DNA from: Eledone cirrhosa
Lineage: Eukaryota
Assembly: GCA_964016885.1 (NCBI GenBank)
Contig: OZ024750.1
Location: 36,766,001 to 36,830,000 of the forward strand
Direction of reading: 5' to 3'
DNA length: 64,000 nt
In this document: positions 24,221 to 36,800 of the stretch, piece after piece
Position numbering within the stretch: position 1 is the stretch's first letter
How the letters are laid out: every line of letters begins with the position of its first letter
Made by a program: the position numbers and the translations under genes
Notes under the pieces: generated by a model
The model's database searches: none
What the model saw: only the letters and a program-made list of their open reading frames with translations
Told to the model about the DNA's origin: nothing

Positions 24221-25472
24221 TAGCAGAGGCACCCGGTATTGCCTGGGAATGAAATTGTTCCTTATATATTAGAAGGAAGAAGCTAAATATGTTGTATAGA
24301 AATTTGTTATTCTAAATTCAATTTATTCTTCAATTGGGATACATGATGAAATCAATTCTGAATTCATAATACAAAAAAAAAATACTAATAATAATAATAA
24401 TAAATGAAAATACAAAATTTACCACTTTTATCATATGCTGAAGGAAATTATATAAGAGCTTCTGGGTAAACAACATTCTTGGTTTTCTGGTTTGGAGCAT
24501 AGAAAAATAAGTCTTCTTAACTACCCACCCTGGAGCAACCAACATAAAGTTGACAATGAGAAAATCAAGGCTCAATTAAGTGCAAGCCAGTAGATTTCAA
24601 AGTCTGACCTTGAGCTTTATTAATAGACATTGCGAAGTAAAGTCTCACTAGGAATTGTGTTCGTTTGAACTCAAATGGTATGTCTGTTGGTTTGATTGGA
24701 ATTCTTGGAATGAAAACTTCTTCCCCAGAGGCACACCCAGTGATGATGGTAGCTTCTATCATATTAGGTGATAATGTCTTCTCAATCAACCTTGTCCTAT
24801 TGAATAATTTAGGAGGATCTAAATCTCTTAGAAGCATTATTGGGACTCCTACCTTCAGAAAAAGTTTATGTGGAGGAGTTCCAGGTGGCTCAAGAGAATT
24901 AAGGAACTCGGTTAGTGGACAGCTTGATTTTCATCAAGGACTGAATCAACTGATTTGTACTCCTTAATGACTGTTGGAATCTTATTCATTAATTCATGGT
25001 TAATCCTTGCTAATGTCTCATTTTTTTTAGCAAGAATTTCCCTTTCACACAACTATTTATCTGAATTATAATTATTACTTAAGTCTGTAAATACCCTGTA
25101 GGGTCAGAATTCAGCTTAGGATTCCTCCATGATAACAATATGAGCCAAATTGATATCACCATTCCCATCAATTGGTACTTTCCTATTTCCTAATTGGAAC
25201 TGGGTTGAAAACTGTTCTGCACATTGGTCCCTATGTAATAAGTATTGCATGTTAGTATTGAAGGAGAATTTCTGTACTTTATACGATAGCTGCGAAGACT
25301 TAATACATGCTTTTATTTCATCAGCTCTTGTTCCTCTCGGAATGACTGGTAATGTCTGTCTGAAGTCTCTTGATAAAACTAATGTAACTCCTCCCATAGA
25401 TTTATTGTTGCCTCTTATGTCTTGTAAGGTCTTATCAAGAGCTTCCATTGCACTGATATGTGACATGGTGCA
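24220..25472 (-). mobile_element. Helitron 3' portion: PIF1-like helicase pseudogene plus terminus
   Basis: ECTM..EALDKTLQDI..GGVTLVLSRDFRQTLPVIPRG and [28 protein letters not shown]; minus-strand end CCCAGGCAATACCGGG hairpin then CTAG into TA. Confidence 0.93.
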
Positions 25473-25520
25473 TTCCCTTGCAAGCAGGGAAAAATGGACG
25501 TAAAAGGATGATGATGATGA

Positions 25521-25848
25521 TATCTTTTTTACGTCCGCTTTTTCCCTGCTTGCAAGGGTGGGACGGGAACTGATTCTGGCTTGATTTCTACAGCTGGATG
25601 CCCTTCCTAACACCAACCTCATTTACAGTGAGTGCTGGGTGCTTTTTTGCCGTGGCACCTCCACGACCATTTTGCAGTGGAATGATATGGACCCCAGTCC
25701 CTATCATCTCATTTCTACAGCTGAGTAAACTGGAGCAATGTGAAATAAAGTGTCTTGCTCAAGGAAATAACACATCACCCGGTCTGAGAATTGAACTCAC
25801 AACCTTTCGATTGCAAGGCCAATGCTCTAACCACTAAGCCATGCGCCT
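25521..25848 (-). mobile_element. SINE family B
   Basis: Full copy; a short inverted tail piece lies at 25472-25520. Confidence 0.93.
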
Positions 25849-26169
25849 CTGATATATGTATATTATCTGATACGGACCATATATTTTGGTTGAAAGCAAT
25901 TTCAATTGGATGTCGATGACATACGATTGCATAAACATATTTTATCTGATATACCAGTGAATGTTTGCATGTGTGTATATATATTATTGTATTTTTAAGC
26001 CTATAAAGATATTTAATGGATATGTTTGATTATACTGAAGCATATCTCTACTATATACATATACATACTGACATTACAATACACTCCCTACACACACACA
26101 CACATACATGCACATGTATATATACATATATATATGTATATATATAGTAGGTGATGTGTTGTTATGGAG

Positions 26170-26338
26170 TCCATCTCATGGAGCAAGAAACGCTGGTCGT
26201 CCCAAGAAGACATAACATCAAGTAACTTGAGGACGATACTGGATGCACTGCGGAAGAACTGGCAAACGCAATGAGAGACAGAGATGGATGGAGGAAACGT
26301 GTCGTAGAAAGCCGAACAAGCTCGACCTGATGATGATG
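26170..26338 (+). mobile_element. RTE 3' end (third family)
   Basis: GRPKKT...EDDTGCTAEELANAMRDRDGWRKRV..* followed by (TGA)n. Confidence 0.75.
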
Positions 26339-26399
26339 TTATATATTGATACAAATGAAGTTTCGTTTACATGTATTTAGTTTTTTATTGTGTATCGAC

Positions 26400-26486
26400 C
26401 TATTCCACGTGTTTCACAGAGGATTGGCTCAGGATCACCCATAGAAGATATTGACCCTATTATTATTGATCTGCTCTTCAGACTAG
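26400..26486 (-). ncRNA. Degenerate hammerhead motif with long stem II
   Basis: Minus strand: CTAGT-CTGAAGA-GCAGA..TCTGT-GAAAC-ACGT-GGA-ATAG, then AATAAA; cleavage triplet not NUH. Confidence 0.45.
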
Positions 26487-26586
26487 CGATCAACAAACAT
26501 ATATAGTGTTGGTTTTTGTTTGTGAGATATGGGTATATATAAGTGTAACAGGTCATTACAAATTTAAAATAATTAATACATGTTAT

Positions 26587-26935
26587 GGAGGCACATGGCT
26601 TAGTGGTTAGAGCATTGGCCTTGCAATCAAAAGGTTGTGAGTTCAATTCTCAGACCGGGTGATGTGTTGTTTCCTTGAGCAAGACACTTTATTTCACATT
26701 GCTCCAGTTTACTCAGCTGTAGAAATGAGATGATAGGGACTGGGGTCCATATCATTCCACTGCAAAGTGGTCATGGAGGTGCCACGGCAAAAAAGCACCC
26801 AGCACTCACTGTAAATGAGGTTGGTGTTAGGAAGGGCATCCAGCTGTAGAAATCAAGCCAGAATCAGTTGCCGTCCCAACCTTGCAAGCAGGGAAAAGCA
26901 AACGTAAAATGATGATGATGATGATGATGATGATG
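26587..26935 (+). mobile_element. SINE family B
   Basis: A-box-like TGGCTTAGTGG, B-box-like GAGTTCAATTC, (GAT)n tail. Confidence 0.93.
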
Positions 26936-27039
26936 TTAATGAAACTTACTTGTTTTTAATTAATAAATTCACTCTGCCTGTGCATCGAGATCTCGTTTTG
27001 GAACCTCCAGTAATTCAATAAATCACATACATCATATAT

Positions 27040-27450
27040 ATCATCATCATTATCATCGTTTAACGTCCATCTTCCATGCTAGCATGGGTAGGACAGGTTG
27101 ACCCTTAGGGAGAGAATCAGGTCAGAGGACCATGTTCAGCTCACCCAGGGCAGATTTCGGCTTGCTTTCTACAGCTGGATGCCTTTCCTAACGCCAACCA
27201 CATTTACAGTGTGTACTGGGTGCTTTTTTGTCGTGATACCTACACGTCCATATTACAGTGTAGGCTGGGCACTTTTGTCTTGGAACTAGGGAGGGGGTTG
27301 GAGGAAGCTTGGGGAAATTGCAGATGTAAGTAATAGGGGAGGGGTGGTTACCACAGAGGGAGGTGTATGGGAGGGGAGAAGGTTGAGGAAGTTGTTGCCT
27401 ACTAGGTATAAGCCTCAGCCCGATAATAATAGAGGGCGGGTCTTCTGTAA
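27040..27450 (-). mobile_element. RTE LINE 3' UTR
   Basis: CATCATCGTTTAACGTCC..CAGCTGGATGCC..GGCGGGTCTTC. Confidence 0.8.
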
Positions 27451-27529
27451 GTTTATATATATATATATATATATAATTATAATAAAAAAACAGGAGGCTG
27501 GACTTGTGTAAATCCTTGAAAGGTTTATT

Positions 27530-27587
27530 ATACTATGATCATTTCAATGACCGGGTTCCGTATGAATCTGGTGATATCATCAGGTAT
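27530..27587 (-). ncRNA. Type I hammerhead motif
   Basis: Minus strand: ATAC-CTGATGA-(imperfect 31-nt stem II)-GAAA-TGATCA-TA-GTAT-AATAAA; palindromic stem III, AUA triplet. Confidence 0.65.
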
Positions 27588-27820
27588 TCGAAATATAATA
27601 AATAAATGTAACAGATAAAATCCATGGGGCTGAAAATCATAGACCCGAGGACGACCGACCATCCAGCATCTTCCACTTTAGCCGGTCGCCCTCAAGTTTG
27701 GGCGGTTGAGCTGCTTTACGTTGAGTACTCTCCATATTATTACATCAAGATTGACCATACGGAATTGACCAGCTCTATCCAGTGGTGAACCTTCAAACCT
27801 AAATAAATAAATATATATAT

Positions 27821-28148
27821 GGAGGCACATGGCTTAGTGGTTAGAGCATTGGCCTTGCAATCGAAAGGTTGTGAGTTCAATTCTCAGACCGGGTGATGTG
27901 TTGTTTCCTTGAGCAAGACACTTTATTTCACATTGCTCCAGTTTACTCAGCTGTAGAAATGAGATGATATGGACTTGAGTCCCTATCATTCCACTGCAAA
28001 GTGGTCGTGGAGGTGCCACGGCAAAAAAAGCACCCAGCACTCACTGTAAATGAGGTTGGTGTTAGGAAGGGCATCCAGCTGTAGAAATCAAGCCAGAATC
28101 AGTTCCCGTCCCACCCTTGCAAGCAGGGAAAAGTGGACGTAAAATGAA
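27821..28148 (+). mobile_element. SINE family B
   Basis: Full copy flanked by ATATATATGG-like duplication. Confidence 0.93.
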
Positions 28149-28316
28149 ATGAATATATATATAGGAGAATTAAAATACTAGAGTTTGTTGGAGTTAAACA
28201 CCCTCTTCATATTATAGAAATGACAGTATAAGATATAGCTCAATGTAATTAAACAGAGCCGAAGAATTATAAAAAATAAACCAAAGAAGCTTTCAATACA
28301 TCAAAAGTTTTTATTA

Positions 28317-28354
28317 GCCAACAATGTTTCATCCTATTAAGGACTCATCAGGGC
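28317..28354 (-). ncRNA. Minimal type I hammerhead
   Basis: Minus strand: GCC-CTGATGA-GTCC-ttaata-GGAT-GAAAC-att-GTT-GGC-TAATAAA. Confidence 0.75.
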
Positions 28355-29378
28355 AAGTAAAGCTACAAGAAGCACTATCGGCCAATACAAGCCAAAAACT
28401 CAGAAGAATATGGAGTATACATCTATTAAAGCTTAGGAAAGATATCAAGGAAAAGTTGGCTAAGATTAAGAGTGAGCAGTTACAAACATAGATATGGATA
28501 TAAATATATATACACACCACATATATACAGACAGAGAATGAGTGAGAAGTGCAGATAAATCTCTGTAGTTGGGATGAAGTTGTGAAGAACACCTTATGAA
28601 ATTGAAACTCACAACAGAAATGTCAAAGGACTACAAGAGTTGGTAACATTCTGTATTGAAGAAGATGTGCCTACCAGCAGAAGATGTGACCTGACCCATC
28701 TCCCACTCTTTCTACCACTAGCTACTCTTCCTATCACTCTGCATCCAACCCAACCCATTCATATCTCTTCTACAGCTATTCCCATCATCACTACACCCTG
28801 GGAATAGGTCGATACACAATAAAAAACTAAATACATGTAAACGAAACTTCATTTGTATCAATATATATCATCATCATCAGGTCGAGCTTGCTCGGCTTTC
28901 TACGACACGTTTCCTCCATCCATCTCTGTCTCTCATAGCGTTTGCCAGTTCTTCTGCAGTGCATCCAATAAATCCTCATACACAATAACTGCACACTCTC
29001 CATACTCTAAAGTGGTTTGTGATGGTGAAGGGCATTCAGCTGTAGAAAACCTGCCAAACAAAAAGTCAAGAAGTTCCTTCAGCTGTGTGAAGTACATAAA
29101 AACTTCCTTAGAGCTATTGTGACAATGAAATGCTGTTGGTAAAGTGTAGGATTGTATATGAGATGCATGCCCCTAACCCATCTCAAAGGTCAGTAATCCT
29201 GTTTGAGTGCTGAGACTATCTGTGAATATCTGTACAACCCATGTACAGGTATTCACAGGAAAAACATGTTAAATAATGATGACGATGATATATAAAGTGA
29301 TATGTTTATTAAGAAATTGGGTAAAATGTAAATAAAATTAATTTGCTTTTATTATGATAAGTTACGACAATTCATATA

Positions 29379-29510
29379 ATTGTTTCTACGTTAGGCACAA
29401 GGCCAGCAATTACACAGTGCATTACTGGTACTTTATTTTATCGACCCCGTAAGGATGAAAGGCAAAGTTAACCTCGGCGGAATTTGAACTCAGAATGGCA
29501 AGGGCCGTTA
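29379..29510 (-). mobile_element. SINE family A, 5'-truncated, with TSD
   Basis: GTTACGACAATTCATATAAT on both sides (29361 and 29507). Confidence 0.9.
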
Positions 29511-29899
29511 CGACAATTCATATAATGACTATAGCATAGTTGAATAAGTAATGTAGATTAATCTTGGAAATATCTCACATAATATTGAATCTATGAGATT
29601 TTGATATTATTTATTTTGAGAATAATACCTTAACATCAGTATGAACAGCCAGTTTGAATAGAAAGAGGTGATAGATTTCTGGTCGGATATGGCTGGTTTA
29701 AATGCTAAAGGGTTAAACCATACATTTGACATAGGCTAGATTGGGTGTGATAACCATTACACTAAAGTCTCTTGGTCAATCTTTCTTATCAGTTGATTAG
29801 AAATATAAATAAATTGGTGAGTTTTACAAAAAAGATTGGGTAAATTTGGAAATTTGTTTTTATTAGAAGTCATAGTGATGGTTGTGAGTGCAGTGATGG

Positions 29900-30112
29900 T
29901 CATGATGATGATGATGATCGTTATAGTTCTCATCATCATCATCAATGTCAACATCATCATCATCATCATTACCATCCTCACCACCATCACCATCCTCACC
30001 ATCTCATCATCATCACCAACAACATCATCATCAACATCATCAATATGATAAGGATGAGTACAACAATCAAGTTGATAATTATCATTACTATGATGATGAT
30101 GATGATGATGAT
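29900..30112. repeat. (GAT)n/(CAT)n microsatellite cluster
   Basis: Direct reading. Confidence 0.9.
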
Positions 30113-31309
30113 TAATCATTATCGTCACCATAAGAACACACTCAATAAATTATAAATGATAAATAATTAAATAAACATGAAATCAATCAGAAGACACCCC
30201 ATGTAATATTGTGATGTTCTCAGCATATCTTTCCTTTCCTTTCAAATATTATCTAGATCAGAGGTTCTCAAAGTGGGTGCTACTGACCCCAGTGGGCGTT
30301 GGGAAGGTTGGGGTGGGGTGGAGCTTATGGGGGCTGCGGGTGGTGGTGGTGGAAGAGATGATATAATTGTTTCTACTTTTTGGCACAAGGCCAGCAATTA
30401 CCCAGTGCATTACTGGTACTTTATTTTATCGACCCCGTAAGGATGAAAGGCAAAGTTAACCTCGGTGGGATTTGAACTCAGATCGTAAAGGGACGTAACT
30501 ATGCTCTAAAGCATGTCCTACCCTCTACTGATACTGCCAATTCAGCGCCCTAAGAGATGATATAATAGTATATTATATATCAAATGATGAATATCATACG
30601 TAGTAAAATAAAAAATATAAAATATCTGTGGTGGATTGGCAGTATTGCTGGAGGGTCACATGCCATGCTTTGCAGCATAGCGTTACGGCCCTTTATGGTC
30701 TTAGTTCAAATCCCGCCGAGGTTAACTTTGCTTTTCATCCTTTCGGGGTCAATAAAATAAAGTACCAGAATTGCACTGGGGTAATTGCTGGCCTTGTGCC
30801 AAAAGTAGAACTATTTATCTAATATATAAATGGCAACTTCTGTCTGTATGTTACCAGTTGGCGTCTAAACCATTGATCCGATCCTGACGAAACTTTACAG
30901 ACATGTTAAGCTAATATTCAGGAACAGGACTAGTTAATTGGATTTCAATAAAAATCAATAATGGAATCCATGGGGACATTAAACCCTCCCTCCCACTACT
31001 CCCCTTTCTCCTCCCACAATTCAAACCTCCAAAATGAGGCAACAAATTTTTTTTGTTCTTCATTCTATAGAGAGAGGGGATGAGGGAGAGGAGATAAGAG
31101 AGAGAGAGAGAGGGGATGAGAGAGAGAAAGATAGCCAAAGAAAGAGATAGAGGGGGGATTAGGGAAGAGAGAGAAAGAAAACAGAAAAATGATAGCATAG
31201 TTCGATAACTAACTTTTATTTATTTGTCTTTTAAACGCTTCTTAATTAACTCCTTTCTTAACGTTACTTCTCTTTCTTTCTCTCTTTCACAAAAGTCGTA
31301 ATGAGACCC

Positions 31310-31847
31310 TGTGTGTGCACGCACACACGTGTCTCTGCGTTCTTAAATTAGCGACAAGTGTGTGTGTGTTTATCACCATACTTAAGTTAGTGACATATAT
31401 ATCCCAGTCTACTGTCTCATCTATGTATATATGTATATGAAGCAAAATGGAAAGGTTGTATGTGACACCGCGATCTACTAGAAATATTAGCAAAATCCAT
31501 TTCAAATCACAGCGAACAGTCTTACGCATGCATGTGTATGTCATGGAAGACTGTGTGTGTATGTGAGCATACATGTGTGTGCCTCAGCGTTCTTAAATTA
31601 GAGACAAGGGTGTGTGTGTGTGTCTGTTTGTCACTGTACTTAAGTTAGAGACATATATATCCCAGTCTACTGTCTCATGTATGTATATATATATATATAG
31701 ATATATATATATGAAGCAAAAAGGAAAGGTTGTATGTGACACCCTCATCTACTAGAAATATTGGCAAAATCCATTTCAAATCCCAGCAAACAGTCTTACA
31801 CACACAAACACACACACATGCACGCGTGTTTGTATGTCATGGAAGCC
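31310..31847. repeat. Diverged tandem duplication (~270 bp x2)
   Basis: GCGTTCTTAAATTAG..ATCCCAGTCTACTGTCTCAT..GTCATGGAAG present twice. Confidence 0.85.
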
Positions 31848-31954
31848 ACTATAACTGTTGGTGTACCTAAAAGAAATAGAAAACAAATCTCCCTCAAACA
31901 AGATCCTACTGCCATAGAGGTAAAAGTTGGTGAAAGCTACAGTGTAAAAGTTTT

Positions 31955-32240
31955 AGTCAACCCAGGCTCTGCCAAACTTTGGGCCAAGGAACGTAAACTC
32001 TCCAAATATTGGTCGCTCTCTGACAGGTTTGTTGTTGAGCCCATAGCAATGGAGACGTCTGGTGTCCTTGGCTCTAGGGCTACCTCCCAACTCACCACCA
32101 TCGGCAAAGAGTTGGCTACCAGCAGGGGCGAGCCTTTCAAGCCGGAATGGATTTTCCAGCGCATCTCCATCACCATCCTTTATTGCAATCACCTCGGCTG
32201 CTGGGTGGCCAGCGCATGGGCCCCCATTTGCTCATAATAG
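31955..32240 (+). pseudogene. CRE-like RLE endonuclease C-terminal fragment
   Basis: ERKLSKY..FVVEPIAMETSGVLG..IGKELA..GEP..WIFQRISITI matches the K..KY..F.P.A.ET.G..G...QR.S..I pattern. Confidence 0.75.
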
Positions 32241-33189
32241 TGAGTGATGGGGAGATCGGGAGAGATGGAGGCAGTGACATGGGAGTTTGATGCCTGGTGT
32301 ATATGTATATATTTACCACACTCACATTTAAATAAACTTTCCTGAATTACAGAACAGAGTAAGTAAATTCTTCATTCATTCATAAACCAATAGTAAATTT
32401 ATTTTTTTATTTTATTTTATTCATGCTTTTTAAAATAGCCTTCATATTTTGTTTGAACTTCAGAGGTTCTGATTGTGCAAAAAAAATCAAAATAAAATCT
32501 AAATTTATTTTTTGGGTCATGCCCTATTCACTGACAACATACCTAGTGATTCTTCCAAGTGTGAAGCATTACATATGCTGATTATAATAGGGAGCAGTAT
32601 TATAAAAATCCCCACTGGACAAAACTAATAATATTTTTATCTATGATTTGCTTTAAACAAACGGCAATAAATATTCTGCTATAATTCCTACTTTAGTTAA
32701 AATTCAGCAATCATATTTCAATGGTCAAATATTGTAACTTTAATAAAATAACTGGGAATCACAGGGTTGCTCAGCTAGTTATATATAAATTAACAATTCA
32801 ATTTATTATATAATATTTACAATTTGCATGTAGGCAGGTCTCTCTGGAAATAGGGGTGGGGCTGCTGAGGGTATTATGTGACAATGAGGGGGAAGGTGGT
32901 TCCAAAAGGTTTGAGAACCTCTGATCTACTACCATCTCACTTGTTATGTTACCCTTGACATCCGAGGAAAATGAAAATTTTAAACATTTGATGAAACATT
33001 ATAATTATCTATCATGCCTACTTCTCTAATTTTTTTTTTCATTTTATATATTTACTAGATTTTTTTTTCAACACACTGATGTATATATCTATGCATTTGT
33101 GTATGTGCATATGCATACAATTATATGTATAAGTATATAAATATAAATGTGCAAACAGAGACACACTTAGAAAAATACACACCCACAGA

Positions 33190-33630
33190 CATACATTCAC
33201 AAAAACCCCACACACATACATTCACACAAACACACGCACACACATACATTTACACAAACATACACATACTCACACACAGCATAGCAAATGGAACGTAGCT
33301 GCTGTTTTGCTATAGTTTTTTCCTCCCTTTTACACACACATACATTCATACACACACACACGCACACACATACATTTACACAAACATACACATACTCACA
33401 CACAGCGTAGCAAATGGAACGTAGCTGCTGTTTTGCTATAGTTTTTTCCTCCCTTTTACACACACATACATTCATACACACACACACGCACACACATACA
33501 TTTACACAAACATACACATACTCACACACAGCATAGCAAATGGAACGTAGCTGCTGTTTTGCTATAGTTTTTTCCTCCCTTTTACACACACATACATTCA
33601 TACACACACATACATTCATACACACACACT
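33190..33630. repeat. 126-bp CA-rich tandem repeat, ~3.4 copies
   Basis: GAACGTAGCT at 33291, 33417 and 33543. Confidence 0.95.
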
Positions 33631-34134
33631 CACACAGATTGTGTGACACTCGAATTGGTATATAGATTTGATGAATGGAACATAATATAATTATCTGTCA
33701 TGCCTACTTCTCTCCCTTTTTTTTATTTTCTATATTTATTAGTTTATATATCTATTAACTTATCTCCCTTCTCTGATACAATCAGTTAATTATATTATAT
33801 TGTTTGAAGTGAATAATTTCTGCATGGTAATTGGACGATCAGATGTATTCTCCTATAGTATAAAGAATACAACATTGATGATTTATTCATTCTGTTTTGC
33901 TGAGTAAGGTGTTCTCTAATTACCAGTGTTAACTAATGAAGATAATATGCAAAACTAGACTTCACATAAATTGAATTTTCTAAAATTACTTGTTAAGAAA
34001 TCGTTGAAATGAAGAGCAAAATATTGTATCATATACAGTCAATAAAGAAGCACAAAATTGGTTTCTGTCTTTTCCTAAAATTATCTCACTCTCTCTCTCT
34101 GTCTCACTCTCTCTCTCTCTCTATATATATATAT

Positions 34135-34326
34135 CATCATCATCATCATCATCATCATCGTTTAACGTCCGTGTTCCACGCTTGCATGGGTTTGGACGGG
34201 AGTTTTTCCCACTTGAGGCAAGAGTGGTTGTCTTGCTCACATAGGACTGTCTGGCGGGTTTTCTACAGCTGGATGCCCTTCCTAACACCAACCACATTTA
34301 CAGCGTGGGACTGGGAGGTTTTTACC

Positions 34327-34329
<3 letters not shown>
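34135..34329 (-). mobile_element. RTE LINE 3' tail
   Basis: Reverse complement of 2075-2258. Confidence 0.9.
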
Positions 34330-34363
<34 letters not shown>

Positions 34364-34421
34364 CATGTATATATGTATGTATATATATATATAGATATAT
34401 ATGTATATATAAATATAGGTG

Positions 34422-34455
<34 letters not shown>

Positions 34456-34517
34456 TTTACATGTATATATGTATGTATATATATATATAGATATATATGT
34501 ATATATAAATATAGGTG

Positions 34518-34551
<34 letters not shown>

Positions 34552-34661
34552 TTTACATGTATATATGTATGTATATATATATATAGATATATATGTATAT
34601 ATAAATATAGGTGTATATATATATATATGTATATATATATGTGTGTATATATATATGTGTG

Positions 34662-34701
<40 letters not shown>

Positions 34702-35034
34702 AATTATTGTGTAAAGTGCTCAGGTGCACTACAACTCGTCAAAGGTGCATGTATAGTACATAGAATAATACACAAATGTCAGGGAAGTACATGTGTGTAT
34801 GTGTTAGCTGTAGTGTTGGCGGATCTCGGGAAGCATGGAGGCCTTAAAGGATGGAGTGTCTCGACAGCTAACAACTGATGCAGGGAGTTTGTTCCCTGCT
34901 TCAGCAACTCTGAGCGTATATATGTATATAGATATATAGATATATATGTGTGTGTATATATATATGTGTGTGTGTGTATGTGTGTATATATATATATGTG
35001 TCTGTATATATATGTGTGTGTGTGTGTGTATATA

Positions 35035-35527
35035 TCATCATCATCATCACCATTTTACATCCGTTCTTCTACGCTAGCATGGGTTAGACGGGTTGTCCTG
35101 TTGTGGGTAGTGTCCGGTCGGCTGACGATGCCTTGCTCATATGGGAACTGATTCTGGCTTGATTTCCACAGCTGGATGCCCTTCCTAACACCAACCTCAT
35201 TTACAGTGAGTGCTGGGTGCTTTTTTTTTCCGTGGCGCCTACACGTCCACTTTACAGTGTGGGCTGTGTGCTTTTTTGCCGTGGCACCACCACGACCAAT
35301 TTTGCAGTGGGAGGGTGTGGGGGCATATTGTCTATATGCTTCAGCTTCGGCTTGTTCCCATGGGGTGTCGGATCTTCTGTATTACTGCGTGGCGCCAGAG
35401 GTCAGGGTCGTGTGTCATCGCCTTTGAGAGGTGTAACTGGGTAAGGTCGGCTCTTATCACCTCATCCCAGGTCTTCTTGGGTCGCCTCACTCTGCGGTTT
35501 CCATCAACTTCTAGTGCTTTGCACCTT
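35035..35527 (-). mobile_element. RTE LINE 3' end, likely tail donor of SINE family B
   Basis: Minus strand CKALEVDGNRRVRRPKKTWDEVIRADLTQLHLSKAMTHDPDLWR; the 3' UTR at 35143-35310 matches the SINE B tail. Confidence 0.88.
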
Positions 35528-35632
35528 ATATATATATATTTATATATATATATAACAAAGGAATTGTGGTAAGGAACCAGATGGACTATAACGCACCAGA
35601 GTACTCAATACTTAGGGTAGTAGAGTGGGAAA

Positions 35633-35747
35633 TAGGAAAAAGTATGACCCCGACGGCAGAGCTCAAGCCATTTCGACGGCTATTTCTGGACGAGAAATAG
35701 CCGTCAAAACGGCTTGAGCTTTGCCGTCGAGGTCATACTTTTTCCTA
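35633..35747. repeat. Foldback, ~55-bp arms, in (TA)n context
   Basis: TAGGAAAAAGTATGACC..ATTTCT-ggacg-AGAAAT..GGTCATACTTTTTCCTA. Confidence 0.9.
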
Positions 35748-35753
35748 TATATA

Positions 35754-35810
<57 letters not shown>

Positions 35811-35859
35811 GATTCCTGATGATTTCTAATGAATGAAACAGTTCTAGTCCTGTAGAATC
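35811..35859 (+). ncRNA. Type I hammerhead ribozyme with canonical core
   Basis: GATTC-CTGATGA-TTTC-taat-GAAT-GAAACAG-ttctagtc-CTGTA-GAATC; 5-bp stem I, 4-bp stem III, GUA site ending at 35854; sits between CA/TA microsatellites. Confidence 0.82.
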
Positions 35860-36438
35860 TCATCTATATATATATATATATATATATACACAGTTCAAGA
35901 GTAACCAATCTTAAAGAGAGAGATTGAGATAGTAGAGGAGATATGAGAGGAAAGATTGGTGAGTTAGTTAGAAGCCAAAGCGTAAAGGCATGTGCTCAAT
36001 GTGCAATATGCAGTAGAAAGCAGCTAGGTGGCTGGGTTCATGCAGAGGTTAGGTGCGCAGAGCTGGAAATATTCATTAATTAAGCAAAACAAGACCACAA
36101 ATTTCACAAGGAAGACATTATTAAAAGATTGTCAACATATTTAGTTTGATGCAAAGAATGTAGAGAATAATAATAATAATAATATTAATAATAATAATGC
36201 CCGTTTACAATTGTTTCGCTACTCCGTATAATATTTCTGGATCAGATGACTATGTATCATAATTGATCTGGTTCAGTTGAAAATAATTAACATATTTAAA
36301 AAAACAGAGTGGCTCATCGGAACTGAAAGGAATATAAATTAAAATAATGTTACATAATATAATGTTCCATATATTAGTTTTTACTATTGTGCCTTTGTTT
36401 CATCAGCTGTCAGCCATAATCAAGCAGTACTCATCTGT

Positions 36439-36486
36439 CGAGGCTGCATTGTGTGAGATCTGCCTATCTCACACAATGCAGCCTCG
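36439..36486. repeat. Perfect 21-bp hairpin with 6-nt loop
   Basis: CGAGGCTGCATTGTGTGAGAT-ctgcct-ATCTCACACAATGCAGCCTCG. Confidence 0.92.
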
Positions 36487-36511
36487 TCGTGGTGGTGGTG
36501 GTGGTGGTGGT

Positions 36512-36800
36512 GGACGGGAACTAATTCTGGCTTAATTTCTACAGTTAGATGCCCTTCCTAACACCAACCTCATTTACAGTGAGTGCTTGATACTTTTTTT
36601 TCTGTGGTGCCTATACGTCCATTTTACAGTGGAATGACAGGGACCCAGTCCCGATCATCTCATTTCTACAGCTGAGTAAACTGGAACAATGTGAAATAAA
36701 GTGTCTTGCTCAAGGAAACAACACATCACCCGGTCTGAGAATTGAACTCACAACCTTTCGATTGCAAGGCCAATGCTCTAACCACTAAGCCATGTGCCTC
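36512..36800 (-). mobile_element. SINE family B
   Basis: Matches other family B copies. Confidence 0.9.

Larger units (their letters stand above)
30259..32923. mobile_element. Probable non-autonomous hAT element with nested inserts
   Basis: 14-bp inverted termini CAGAGGTTCTCAAA / TTTGAGAACCTCTG; flanks ATCTAGAT / ATCTACTA (partial TSD); right end also seen inverted at 45107-45215; contains SINE A at 30366-30550 and 30628-30812. Confidence 0.6.

Noticed and set aside
24565-25472. Host PIF1 helicase gene
   Set aside because: Intronless, frameshifted and followed by a Helitron hairpin + CTAG end
26587-26660. tRNA gene
   Set aside because: tRNA-derived SINE head present in many copies and running into SINE core and tail
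30884-30894. CTGACGAAAC hammerhead-like string
   Set aside because: No stem II or stem I
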